A stretch of DNA of 64,000 nucleotides from Lama glama (GCA_028534125.1 CM052817.1:73162001-73226000); one strand, 5' to 3'. Numbered from the stretch's first letter, positions 39,360 through 52,593 are shown. The notes: generated by a model from the letters alone, not told the origin. Program-made: numbers and translations.

Positions 39360-42300
39360 AACCCCAGTATATGGCTGGGCGGAACCGCAAGGAGGCTTCC
39401 TGCGTGGGTGGCAGCGAGCGGAGCAGGCGGAGCGGCGGACTTGCAGCTCCCTGGAGCAAATGGGCTGCCCTGACATTTCCATGACCTCTGCTCCGCGCTG
39501 GGGGGTGTTGTAGGGACATGGGGCCCGTCCTCCCGATTCTCCAGGCTTTTCAATAGGAAAAAAGAGCTGAAGGGCTACTGGACCTCGCAGGGAACTTGTT
39601 CTGAATTGCTAGACAGCCTCCCTCCCTCTTCCCCCTCCCCCTCCCCCCCAAGCTCACGCCCACCCTCTTGTCGCTGACTTCTTAGAGACAATCAGCCCCC
39701 AGAAGTGTGTGCCGGGCTGAGTGTTAGACGGTGCACGAGTAGCGAGGATGGATCTGGAATCCAGTAGATTGAAGAGGAGTCCCTTGAGATCCCTTTTGCA
39801 AATTAAGTTTAAGCAAGGCACAGTTGGAATGTTAGGAATTAAAAAGTGGCAAGAGAAAAAGAATATTGTCTGTGGTCTCTGACTCATTCGGATTGTAGAA
39901 ATTGGAAACAGGTTGTATTGCAGAGAAAGAAGTGATGAAAGTGTTTTGGCATGGTTTTAATTTGTTTAATGTTTTCTGCAGGGAGGTAATGAGCAGGCTT
40001 AGAAGGCACAAAGTAAAGAAAATGAAAATTAGAATCCTGTGAAAGAGACTGTTACATGCTGCAGCTGTCCAACCTCCAGACTTCCTTCTGTCTTGAATTT
40101 ATTTGAACATTGTCAGGATTTTCACCTTGCTAGTTGATATTTATGCTTTGCATCTTCTCCCTTTTTAAAAACAAATTCACCAAGTTTAAAAGTGTTATTT
40201 CTCCAGTTCCCTCCTCAGTCCTTTCAGAACAGCTTAATTTCATTGGTCAGAAGTGCACTCTTTTTTTTTTTTGTAAGTGAAGAGAAACGTTGAGTATTCC
40301 CAGAATACAGCATCTGCCTCTCTCACACGTTTTTGGGTCTCTGTCTCTTTATCATGAACTTTCAGGATAAGAACTTCATAAAGAGTTTGATCAAGCAAAA
40401 GATGTGTTGGTAGTGAAAGACACCAGAAGTGCTTACCTTGCTTGCATGCACATGTTAGCATTATATAGGTGATGATCACACATTAGCATTTTATAGGTGA
40501 TGATCACTGATACCAAACAAGTACTCTTTACAGGGTTTTCCCAAAAGAAAAACCTCTAAGGTCTTGGCAAGCCAGGGTAAAGATGGAAGGAACATGTGAG
40601 AGTGAATGTGGGATTTTTGTGTTAGTTTTGAAAGAAATGGAAGATGAGAAAGCTAGGTTCTGAGGAAATGATGGAAGACTGTTAAAAATAAACACTGGAT
40701 GGGAGATACTATAGAGTGTCAGCTTTCAAATATCTACATCTCATTGCAGGAGTTGCCTGCAAGAAAAGACAAACCATTAAGCTGATGTAATAGAAACAAA
40801 GGAAGGCTTATTTTAGTATCAGCAGAAACACACTTCTTAGGACAGGTTGTTTTAAATTTTTGGTTTGGCTGGGAAGTGCTAGGTTGATTTGATGTTAAAC
40901 TATATCACAGGGAAGAACAGAATTGGAATCCAGTTAAGTGGAAGCTTAAAGGAAAACCTGATCAGCTTTGTTTGACCGCAAACAAACACCAAGATCAAGC
41001 TGGGTCTAATGTTTAGTGCTAGTGAAACACACAATGGATTTCTTTAGTTGATTGTTAACAGTATTTGGGCATCTGTCTCCCCAGTTTTTATGTTCTTCCA
41101 AGATTTTATGTTTTTATGATGCACTGAAAGGGTACATGCTTTCCTTTGTCAAAATCCAAACTTTCTATGCTCTGTAAGAAGTTAACAACACATATTTAAG
41201 TTTATCCTGTGCAGATATTTAGTAGCAGTAAAATATTATTAGGGGAAATTACACATTTTTGAGACTGGAAATTTCCTTCAAAAGGAAAAAATATGCCAAG
41301 AAACTTAAGCTTGACTTAAATCAGTTTCTAATCTATGTAAATATGAAGATATCATGGAGTTTATATAATTTTATTTTTTAAATAAGGGCTTCTTTGGGTG
41401 TATGCAGTGGTGTGAGATTACTGTGCAAAGTGCAGGCATTAAAAGTTACCTTTTATGTTATCTTGGAATTCTAAGGATTTTGATTGTTTGCATTGTAGCC
41501 TTGAAAGAAGCATAACTCGATAATATTTCTGGAAATATTTCCCACTATGGAGAGAACAAGCTAACACACTAGTATAATCCAGAAGCCAGCCATTCACACT
41601 CAGTTACAAAATTCTGTTTGTTCAGCATTTTGCCTGGTGTTGCTGATAGAAAGCAATTTCGATTTGCACTCAGATTTGCAAAGACGTGACCAACACCAAA
41701 TATCCTTAGCTGGACTCTTCTAGCACTCTTTTAACTTAAATTCAAGAGGCACTTGTGTGGTCTCAAAGATTGTCCAGATGAAACGAGGCTGAAATGTTAT
41801 GCGAAGGGGGAGGGGAGCGCGTGAATAGCGTCAGTGAGTTTGGTGACCGAGGGCCGCTCCTGTCCATTGCGTGAACTGTCCTAAAGGGTCAAACTGTTCA
41901 TCTTCAGCCCCTCTTTCAGTGTGCAATCCTACTTTAAGAGAACAAAAGCTCAAAGCAGGCAGTTATCAAGAAATGGGAGCACAGTGATTTAAACTCATCC
42001 CCAAGCCTTAGAAAGAAAGGGGGCCGAGTGTGTGTAGGGAGAGAAAAGTGAAGTAAGGAGGGGGGAAGGGGTGGAGATCTTTAGAAAGTCTTTGTTGTTT
42101 CTAAGAAGCTTGAACTTTGAGACGACCCAAAAGCCCCAAAGTTTAGGGTAGGTGTTGCTGTGGGGCCATAGGCTACACCCCATCCACACTTCGACCTCAC
42201 AAGTTGGCCAAAGAGGGCAAATGGCCCCCGCACCAGACTTGCTGTTGCAGGTGAAATGTGTGGGGGTGGGGGGGGCGTGAAGAAGGGAGCTTTTCCCAGA

Positions 42301-44449
42301 GAGAACAAGGGCAAGAGTTTGCCTGCCCAGCAAGCCTGTCTCGCGGTTCACGGTAAACCACCCTGCCCTCAAGGGGAAGGAGGATCTGTGTTCTGCTAAA
42401 AGAACAGGATGACGTGTCTGCCAAGGATGGCTTTGTAGCCTAAATCCTAATCCTCGGGGTGACCTCTCAGAAAGGCTGAAAGATGGAGAGAAAAAGTTAG
42501 TCAGTTTTAGTTCTTCACTAGGGGCAGAGAACGCAGTTTCCAGAGCCGGGGAGGCCGAGGTGAGATCCATTATCTTTCCCCGCAGAGGTCTCACCAGGTT
42601 GGAGTTTGTTACTGGTGATGGTGAGCACTGGGAGCCAGTGTGAGCTCGGAATTTTTGGCGGTCCCTTTCTGGGGAGCCAAGGAAGCCAAGAGCGATAACA
42701 ATGTAAACTCATGCCTCACTTTCGTACTGGACCCCTGCACGGAATTCTCAGTTTCGCTCTCGTTTCCCCCTCGGATCCTACCCCGGGAGGATTTGTTAAT
42801 CTTGTCCTCGCAGGGGTCCGAACTGGGTCTCTCAGCCGCGCCAGCTCCTCCCCCTTCCATATTTGTGGAGCAGCAGGGGAATCAACCAGAGAAGATGCGA
42901 GGCAGAGAAGATCGTACACCCCCCCACCCCCATTTCCGAGACCGTTGTCCTCAGGTTACAAAATGTGCTTCGGTGCCCTAAGCCCAAACATTCAGGAGAT
43001 CGAGTTTGACGCCCAAGGTCGTCTTGACGGCAATGAAATCCGCCTGGCAGGTGCTGCAAGGCTCCTCTCCCCTCTGGAAAGGCAGTGCCCCGCAGGCTTC
43101 TCTTCACTCCTTATGCGACCCGCTGCCCAGGCGCCCCTTTTCTTTCCCACGAAGGAGAGAAATCACTGTAGGAAACGTTGCCAGTCTCCGCCAGCTTTCT
43201 GATTGTTTTCCGCAGGTAAGAGGAAAAGAACAGCCGGCGCGTGAATGGGGGGCTAGGGGCCAACTGGGGAGAAGAGCCCCACCCCCACCCCCCTGTGCCT
43301 GCAAAAAGGGACATTGGCTATCCAGGGGAAAGTGCAAAAAAGAGAGCACTAATCGCTGAACCAGGAGACAAACACGATTACCAGCTCCGAGCCTTGAGTC
43401 AGAAAGTCTCATAGACTTTAAGATGTTAATCCCCAGCATAATCCTTCCTTTGGCGTGTAGGAATAGTGCAGCCACAAGAGTTGTTTTGTTATTTATATTG
43501 GCGTTTAATAAAACTCAGCCAGTGGTGAATGGGCTGCCCACTCTCCAATGGTAATTAATTCCCTATTTCAGTGACCCAATTGTCCTGGGACAGAGCGGTG
43601 GGCCCGTCCCGGTGCCCCGTCCCCCTTTGTGCCGATACACGGCCCTCGTGCTTCAACAGCTATGGAAACTCATTCTTTTGATGTCATTCAAGGAGTTTTC
43701 CTTGGGCATCTTCTAAACTTCAAGGACCCTTTTCTTTCTCCGTTTCATGAAAAGCAGTGTGAGCTTGACCACCTCTGTAGAATTTAATGATTTGGTGAAA
43801 GGACCCTTTGGGGTTTGTGTAAGGAGTTAGGCAGAGAGAAAGGAAATTTGGCAGCCTGCTCCCTCGCACAGACAGTCCCGAACCTGGAACACACAAAACT
43901 CATTCAAAGCAATGGATAAAGATCTGAAAGCTGATTTTCCTTCTCCTCTTCCCACTCAGGAAAAACATATCCATCCCCCCCAAAAAACCCCACTGAATTC
44001 TCTTCTGGAAATTAATTGTGTGGTTTGTTGGGGTAAATAAGTTAAAATCTTCAGCAGAGAAAGTTTTTTAACCTGTATCTTAGGAAAATAAGATATTTTT
44101 CTACGGTAAAGCATATTCATCCAATTATCCTTCCTTTCTACATTCAGAATATACTTAATGGGCACTCAGTGTATGCCAAGCAGCGGACCAACCCCTGGGA
44201 ACAGTGCCACACATAAGACGGACACCATTCCTACCCCCATGGAGCTTACATTCAAACGAGCAGACAAAGAAACAGTTGCATGTCAGAAAACCGTTTGTAA
44301 TGTAGACGGTGTAATGTAACGCAGTGTCAGGAGAGGGCATGGCTATGTTTTATTTTCACAGATCTAAAACGATACTTTAGGACACAAGCCACTCGGGGTG
44401 GACTCTAGTAGCTGATTTATTCATTATTTCATTCCTCCATAAATTTCTC

Positions 44450-45720
44450 GAGTGCTTCCAGTGTGCGAGGCGGAGCGCGCACAGCACGGAGAGCGAGCCC
44501 AGCAGCTGCGCCTGCTGGGCCTTAGTGCCAACAGCGCGATAACGCAGCGCCCGTGTAACAAACACTCCCCCAGCGCCGACCGCCGCGGCCGGGGCTCCAG
44601 GCCGGGAGGGGGCGGCCGCGGCGCGCAGGGCAGCGCTCCCTGCACAAGTAGCTCTTCTATGTCTTTATACGCACTTCCAAAAAAACTTCGCAAGTCACAG
44701 AAACAATTCAGAATTCAACTAAGAAAATACAGAGTGAACCATATGGCCTGGGTGGCTCGAGTCGGCTGCATTTTACTCCAGACAAAGAAGGGATTGAGAG
44801 TTGAAGGAAAGGAGAAAAAAACCAACTTTCCGGCTGATGAAGCTGTTGTCTGGAGGCAATGATCCCAAATCTGAAGGCTTTATTCCGGCTCCGACGGAGA
44901 CGTGATATGTCATATGATTAGCATCTTTCATATTTACAAGAGTGGTATGGGCTGCCAGTCTTGAGAGAAAGGCGAGAGAAAGAAGGGGGCATATGCTGAA
45001 ATGGATTTAGCATTTGAAAGAGAGAAAGGAGATCGGATAAATACACTTAAACGAGGATTTCGTTTTACTCCTGTTGAGTTCTAATGGATTGTTGATTGAG
45101 ATTTTAGGGGCCTGGAACCGAGGTGTCAGCAGTAATTTAAAGAAGGCATTCAGCCCTCTAGCGCCTCTTTTCTCCATTTCCCCCTCTCACCCCTCCCACC
45201 CTCTCTCATTTACGCCTTCAAGCAGTACGGGGGCGGAGAAGGCTTTTAAAACAAAACACAAAACAAGATCTTACGCAGGCAGGCGATAGCCAAGGGAGCT
45301 GGAGCGCGGATGGGTTTGGAGGAGGCGCCCCCTACCGCCCGCCGCGGCCCTGGGGTCACGCTCCCTTCCTGTGGCACCTGAGCGTTTTCATGTCGCACCG
45401 CGGCTGCGGCATGCTGGACGGCGGCGAGGTCCTGGCGCCCTCTGGCGGGGCCCCGGTCTGCGGACAAGGCCCCTGCGGGACCCGCCGGCCGCCGACACCC
45501 TTGGGCTGCGCGTGGCCCCGCAGTTCTTCCTGGGACGCCCTCTGGGACCTTCACTTGCAGCTCGGGTAACAAACACGGCGCTCGGCTGCTGCTAACCTGA
45601 CTCAAAAGCGTCAGTGGTGGGCGCCTCCTGCCGAAATAAACAAGCTGTTAAGACGCCTCCTCCGGTAGTTCTGTGCCTGCCAAGTCCGAGAGCAAGCGGA
45701 CCTAGACCCCGAGACTTTTG
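44450..45720. promoter_or_regulatory. Upstream CpG island / candidate ortholog of the Neurog2 E1 enhancer
   Basis: CpG-dense, about 7 kb 5' of the TSS; PAX6-like site TCATTTACGCCTTCAAGCAG at 45206-45225; CATATG E-boxes; CTCF-like motif at 45433-45450. Confidence 0.6.
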
Positions 45721-48700
45721 TTTTGAGGGTTTAGCTATTCAGCAACTAGAAGTGACGCCAAGACTCAGTAGGTTGGGGTAAAGACTTGGACTCTAGGCTG
45801 TTTAAGAGGCCCCTGTGCGCTTGTCGGGTCCACACTAGACCTGTGTTATATAATGTGTGCAGGTAAGCGTTTCTCCTCAACACCCAGAGCCACTTTCCAG
45901 ATTCATTCTCTAGACTGCTTGTCGCTCCCCTGGTATTTTTAAAAAACTCTCTTCCGAGTTGGTATTCGATGCTCATTTTAGCTAGACGTCATGTGTCTAA
46001 AATGTTGGGGGAGGGGTCTGTGGGGCACAAAGTGTCAGTCGCCTGAGGCCTCATCCCCTGGATCCAGACGCCCAAATTCCTATTTCCGCTCCGCTTCATC
46101 TCTTTCCTGCCAAAATTTGCTTGTTCTTAACTCTGTCCGGCAAATTGTGTTTTCTCGAGTGTCAAAAGGAACTTAAGGACTTACCACTTCAGGGCTTTAG
46201 CTGTGAGTCAGGCTGTCCACGGTTACCAACAGTAGAGACTGACAAATAAAAGTTCCGCTGCGACACCAACAGTGTAGGCTTAAAATCATATTTTGATGGA
46301 TTTTTTAAAAATCATGATATAATGCTTAGTATGACCCCAGTTTGTGGACGGTATGTATCTCTGAATGATTGGAGGGAAATAGAAACACATACATTCTGGA
46401 GAGAAAAATATTCATAGTGCTTCTCTTTCTGTTATTGGGTAGTGGGAATTTATATTTTCTTTGTGTTTCCGAGTAAATTTTACAACATTTATCATCAGAA
46501 ATTGTTGTTTAAAAAACAAAACAAAATACTGACCTTCTGGAAAGTGCCTGTTTTTTTTTTTGTAGTCTTCATTAAAGACTGGAAGTAAATTTCTGATCAG
46601 AGATGGCTGCAGTGGGGTGAGTTCTATCATGGTACTCACCCACAGTGGAAATTAAAGCCCCAGAAGCTGGACCATTTGGGTTGACCTGGGATACTGGATC
46701 TTAAAAACAAACATTTAAAACTTGTTCTGTATTGGAAATATTATTTGTATAGGACAGAAACATTCAAGGCTAACTTTTAGATTTTACTTTTTGTTAAATC
46801 AAAAATCCTGGGGTTGGACAGAGAAAGGAAAGCTCCTCAATGCTCTTATTTTCTCTATTCTGGGTAAATCACATCTTATTTTCTGAGAGAGATGTGATCA
46901 CATCCCAGGAACTTGATAGGTTTCTAAAGAAAGATTTTTTTTTACCACTATCTGAAAGTAATATATTCCTTTATTTAGTACTATTTGCTAACAGGAAATT
47001 ATTTGGGTCTAATCTTTCTTAAATGTGTTTCTTGACCAGTCCTCAGTAGTGATTAAAAACTTTCCTCCTCTGTTATTCTGTACTTGACAAGATGACATCT
47101 AAAGCTTCTATTTTTAAAATAATGAGGATCCAGAAACTGTTTAATTCTGAGTCTTGCTTTCCTATGCTTTTTGAATTTTGGCTTTCTCTGTTGACAGAAG
47201 CCATCTTTACCCTGAAGGAGGCCACTGTGGGTTTCTGTTTAACTCTGCATTTTTATAGCACCAATCACCACACTGATACTATGATGTATTATTGGCTGTG
47301 CGTGAGACAGCAGGACTGAGAATAAGAGAAAGGGAAGGATCTGCAAGAGGATAATGGCATTCTTCTCAGCAAATTCTCTTTTTCTTCCAGGGTTTTTATT
47401 TTTGAGGATTTGAGAGTTCATTTTCTCTTGAAGGAAAAGAAAGTATAATCTTGCAATGCAGTTTGTGCAGAAAAATCAAGAAATATTTTCATGGAAATTG
47501 GCTACTAATAAATTCTGAAAAAATAAAGCAGGCTAGAAATAAAAACTAAAAATTTGTCAACATTAACCCAAACTTGAACTCCTGTTAATGCCCTAAATAG
47601 AACATAGCTTTTTCCTTCCTTTTTAAAAATTTCCCAGCTATGGAGCCTCTAATGTGTCCCTAAAAATTGGAAGAAAATACACTTTTATTATTTGCATGAA
47701 TCTGGTGATCTCCATTCTTAAGCTACAAATTATTTGAGTTACATTGGATTTGAGACACTATTTCTCAGAAAACGAGTCATTGCAGGTTTAAGGACATTGT
47801 TTTGGAGCTAAGTGCATTGTTCTTCAGGATAAACTGCTGGTCACTCCCAAAGACTCACATGGTATTTTAGGTTCTTCTCTGAATCTTCCTTTGGCTCCCA
47901 GTCTCATGAAACTGGCATCAACAGCGCCTACTCTTTCCCATGCTAAGGCTTGGAAACAATTCATTTGTTCAAAATAAGCTAATTACAAAGTAGCAGCTTA
48001 TTAAAATAGCAACCTGTTCCTTTCCTCTTAGCCTAAAAGCTCAAAGTATTTTTCTTTTCCTCACAAAATAGGGATGAAAAAAAATAAGTCACAAAGAGTT
48101 TTTAAATAATAATAAACAAAAACATATGCAAACAGTCTAATAAGAAGTCAGTAATACATTCCTTGGTTCCAAGCACTTGGGCAAGAAAGAATACCTGGGT
48201 GGTGATTTCAGTCTGCTAGCAACTGGAAATTCTGATTCAATATTTAAGAAGAAATAATCTGTGTCTGTAGAACACAGAATGAATTTAATCATTGTAGAGA
48301 CAAGTCAAAATTTAGGTCAGCGTGGCATTCACATGAATGAGGACCATCACTTTTTCCTCTCCCTTGTCTTTACTGATTAATATTAATTGGAGGGGACGGA
48401 GTTGTTGGCTGTGCCAAGGCTGTGCGGATCAACAGCTGTGCTCTTGACAAAACTATTTTCTAAAGAAAGTATTTCTTCTGCAGTTTTTTCTTCATTTAGT
48501 CTTTCCTTATATTTTTAGGTTGCAGTTGAGTGGCCAAAGGCAACACTTTCTGAAGTGCTTTCTTAAAGGCTTATTTGTGTCTGATGCCTGATGAAAAGTG
48601 AGGAGGTAGGAAATGCTTCTTGTGGAGGGGAAGCAGACCTGAGTAAGTCCAGCACCGCTAGGGAGAAACTCATATACAACCATGAAAATAAAAAATTACT

Positions 48701-48959
48701 AATTAAATATTAGTACAACTATAAAGATAATTCCATCCAAATTAACATTAATTTGATGTGATAGATTTTTTATATTTTCCCCCAAAGGACTTCACCACAT
48801 GCATTTCATGCAGCCTGCCACTGTGCAATTTCAAGTTTGGGTGCCTTTGGTATCACATCAAATATTGTAGATGATATTTGCTCTTTTACACCACTTTGCT
48901 CTTTTACATGTATTGAGAAATCTGAGTACAGTGTCATTCGGCTGTCATTAAGTGTCAAC

Positions 48960-49280
48960 AAATGATGTATATACAGAGGATTTTTTAGGGCCGGGAAAAT
49001 GTATGATACTATAAGGGTGGGTATATGTCATTATACATTTGTCCAAACCCATAGAATTAGGATGTACAACACAAGAGTGACCCTAAGGTAAACTGTAGAC
49101 TTTGGGTGATTGTGATGTGTCAATGTAGGTTCATCCTTGGTTTAAAAAAAAAAAGTATCATTCCAATGAGTGATGTTAAGTGGGGAGGCTGTGCATGTGT
49201 GGGGGCAAGAGGAATATGGGAAATCTCTACCCTCTTCTCAATTTTGTTGTAAACCTAACTGCTCTAAAAATAATAAAGTC
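48960..49280 (+). mobile_element. Old L1 (L1M-type) 3' end fragment
   Basis: tgtcattatacatttgtccaaacccatagaa...gactttgggtga..tgatgtgtcaatgtaggttcatc...aaacctaactgctctaaaaaataataaagtc. Confidence 0.7.
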
Positions 49281-50499
49281 GGGGAAAAAAAGAGATATAA
49301 ATTCAAAGGAATCTCCCCAGAGTGTAGAAACAAATCAAAGATACAAAGAACAGTAAGGATAAGATATTTAGAGAATCAGTCGAGTCCATCATCTGACTGG
49401 TAGGAGTTTCAGAGAGAATAGAGCAAATAGACAAGGTGAAATTATCTCAGAAGTGAAGGGCTGGTGGACAGATTTAAAACAACAACACACTCCATATGAT
49501 AGAATATTACTCAGCATTAAAAGGAATGAACTGCTGATACATGTAATAACATGGAGACACCCCTAAATGTGCTGAGTAAAATAGTAGACACTGTATGATT
49601 TGATTTACATGAAGTTTTAGGGCAGGTGAAACTGATCTATAGTGACAGAGTAGATTATTGGTTACCTTGGGTGGAGGAGGGATTGATTGAATTCATGGGA
49701 GTTTTGCATGTTAGAAAAATCATTCTGGTGGGAAGAGTGACTGGAGATAGTGACTTGCAGGGCTTATTAGGGACATAACTTCTGGGCCTGAGGGACCTGT
49801 GAGATCAGTTATCATAAATGTGTTGTGGCATCCATCTGCACATTAGTCTAATTTTCTCTAGAGCACCCAGCAGCCCAAGTGTAAGAAAATGGGAAAGGAT
49901 GTTTGGACTGGTCCATGGTTAGAATTTTATCAGCTGGAAAACCTGCAGCAAAGAGGCAGTGCATGGAGGCAGCTGAGTAGTTAAACTCGATGTTGTCTGG
50001 ACAGTCAGGAAAAAATAAAGGGAGGCTGGTAGGTTAACAAAACAGTATGGAGTCGGGAGGTGAGGGATCATGATGGAGCTGGAACGTATGTGCTAGAGAA
50101 GTGAGGGAGAGGCTGTGGTCTGTGGTATGTTGGGGTAATTTATGGTGATGACAAATCCTAGGCAATTTTTTAAAAGTGTGGACAACGTGGAAGGAACCCT
50201 AAGATATGCTATTCAACGAAAAAGACAAGGTACAGGAAGATGTGTATAGTGGGCTATTGTGTAAGAGAGGAGACCATTTATATGTATGTACTTGCATGTT
50301 AGTGAACTATTTCTGGAAGGAAATACAAGAACCTATAATATCAGTTGACTCTGGAGAGAAAAACTAGGTAACTAGGGGACAAGCTGGGAGGGACACTTTA
50401 CTCTCTTCCCTTTTGCTCCTCTTGAATATTGACCCTTGTGTATATTATTGCCTATTCAAAAATATATAAATAAAAGTAAACAAGAAACAAGGAAAAAGG

Positions 50500-51086
50500 A
50501 AGTAAATGGTATAATGAATAAAAACAGAAGACAAAATGAGCTATTCATGCTCCACTTATAAAGGTAGGCTTCAAGTGTATATATGTTTAGGCACATGTGA
50601 ACCAATACTGGATGGCAAGAGAAACAAGCCCTGTGTGTGTGTGTGTGTGTGTTTTAATATAGAAGAAAATGCTTAGAAGGCAATCAAAAAAAGAGAAAGA
50701 AAAGCAGATTACCAGACATTGTACATGATATTATCCAGCGGTTACACACTGAGCACCTGCTGTGATGGTGCTGGTCTTGAATTATCAATGCAAAATATAA
50801 TTCTGGAGAGCCATTGGCAATAACGTTGTATGTGTGGCTCTTACACAGTATGTTCTCTGTTTTGTCCTTGGTCCTTCATGTTCAGTCAGCTTGCTTATAG
50901 AGTGCGCCAGAACATAAAGCAAGTCTCATGCAACGTCTTACACTTTGCCTGATGCTCTGATCCTGTACTCATGTGATGTCACCACGTGGGTTGGGAAGTT
51001 TATCATTTTCCATTCCAAACACTGGATACGGCCTGTGATACCTAGAAGAAGTCACAGGACAGTAGGAGATGTCACCTGATTTTACA

Positions 51087-51118
<32 letters not shown>

Positions 51119-52593
51119 ATCTGTGGCAGGAGACCTAGGATCTTTTCATGCCTCAGAATTTGTCAGCCAAGTGTCTTCCCCCCATGCATATCCATCCCTC
51201 TTTTTCTTCTCACTGCTTTACCTGGTCCTCAGAAATCTGGCCTCTACCTCAGAACCCAGAGCCTAAGAGCCTGACACTGACTCTAGCGGTAAGGAGCCTG
51301 AGGATGTAGGGGACGAGGCATCTGAGCTCCCAGCACATCATGGCCATGTTAGTTCTTGGTTTATTTAGAAGCATACATTCCACAAGAATGGCCAGAGAAG
51401 CCTGATTTTCTTACCTCAAGAATTCCCCCAAATTTCTCCATCAGGGAGAGCTTTGTCTTGCCCCCATATAGGGGTAGAGCGATATGTAACTAGTTCACCT
51501 ATACTGCATGCCTGAGGTGGCAAGTAAAACAAGGTGCACATATCTGTTCCAGAATGAAACAAGCTGCTCTCCTTTAACATAGGGCCACCCACAGTGTAGA
51601 TGCTCAGTGAATGCACTGACTTCAGTTGATCCAAAGAATCAGTTCTATTCTATTCCAAGAAGCCACAAATCCATCATAATTCAACCAATAAAATCGACAT
51701 ACTTGAAGTTTTTATTTTAAAAGAAGCAATAAGTACCTTAGGAAGTCTTCTCTACTAATTCTTTAACCTGAAAGCTGACTGTTCCCTGATTTTTTTCACA
51801 CACACACTTTTATTTACTATATTATCAACTCCAGATTTGCCCAATTAGAAAGTAAAATAGTAAGGGATATCGATAATTAAGAGACTAACAGAAGACTTTA
51901 AAAAATCAACCTAACTAGTGTTTCAGGATGAAAGGAACTCAGCAGTTTGCAGAGATATTTGGATTGTATTTTTCCTTTACTTTATAATGAAGTCATGCTA
52001 CTATATAAACCAAAAACACAACTTGAACTAAACATACGTTTCACTCATAACTAATTACAAAGCAGATATTTCAAATCAGTGTTGAGCTAATGTTTTTAGA
52101 ACAATTATTTAATTTTCAGGGCCCAATATCTGTCGAGTAAATCACCAATTTCCATTTCATTCTTATTTAATATAAAAAAATCAAATTAGTATAAAGCTAT
52201 TTCACAGCTGTCTTTAAATTAAACCACAGTCAAGAGCATGCAGCATTTGGGGCTTGTTTTGGCATCTCCAAGTCAAACATTCTTTTTGTGCAGATATTAA
52301 AGAACAATACCAATAGTTACGTTTTATTTTGAAGTTTTAAGGTGGGCTTCATAAACTCAGATTTTAACTTGTGATTTTTCACAAGTAACCTAAATATTGA
52401 AATGCATGTTTCTAAGGACAGGGGTTGGCTGCAGAGTGGAGAAGAATAGGAAACATAATTATTAGCTTTTAACCAACTTTTGATAAGAAGGAAAGAATCA
52501 CCAGCTCAACTGTTTCTACATTTTTATTAATAATCCGTTTTTCTTCATTAAATCCAAACGCATCTTCTCATAGCAATTGTAGAGCTTCAAGAC
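50500..52593 (-). pseudogene. Candidate relic multi-exon gene of unknown family (exon-like segments 52593-52502, 51767-51415, 51041-50713, 50630-~50500)
   Basis: Canonical AG/GT boundaries with mutually compatible phases; protein-like frames (LEALQLL*EDAFGFNEEKRIINKNVETVEL; FFGSTEVSAFTEHLHCGWPYVKGEQLVSFWNRYVHLVLLATSGMQYR*; WRNLGEFLRYHRPYPVFGMEND) interrupted by stops and frameshifts. Confidence 0.5.
51087..51117. repeat. (CA)n microsatellite
   Basis: Directly visible. Confidence 0.95.

Noticed and set aside
41995..43475. Cluster of 100-200 aa ORFs on both strands
   Set aside because: GC-rich regulatory region; no recognisable protein or exon structure.
50713..51700. Family assignments for the relic gene: DHHC-like (RPAPS..CSVCNR) and GH1-like (DFIG/LNY, GW...WNRY) motifs
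   Set aside because: Each needs ad hoc frameshifts and lacks the defining catalytic motif (DHHC; ITENG), so the family is left unassigned.
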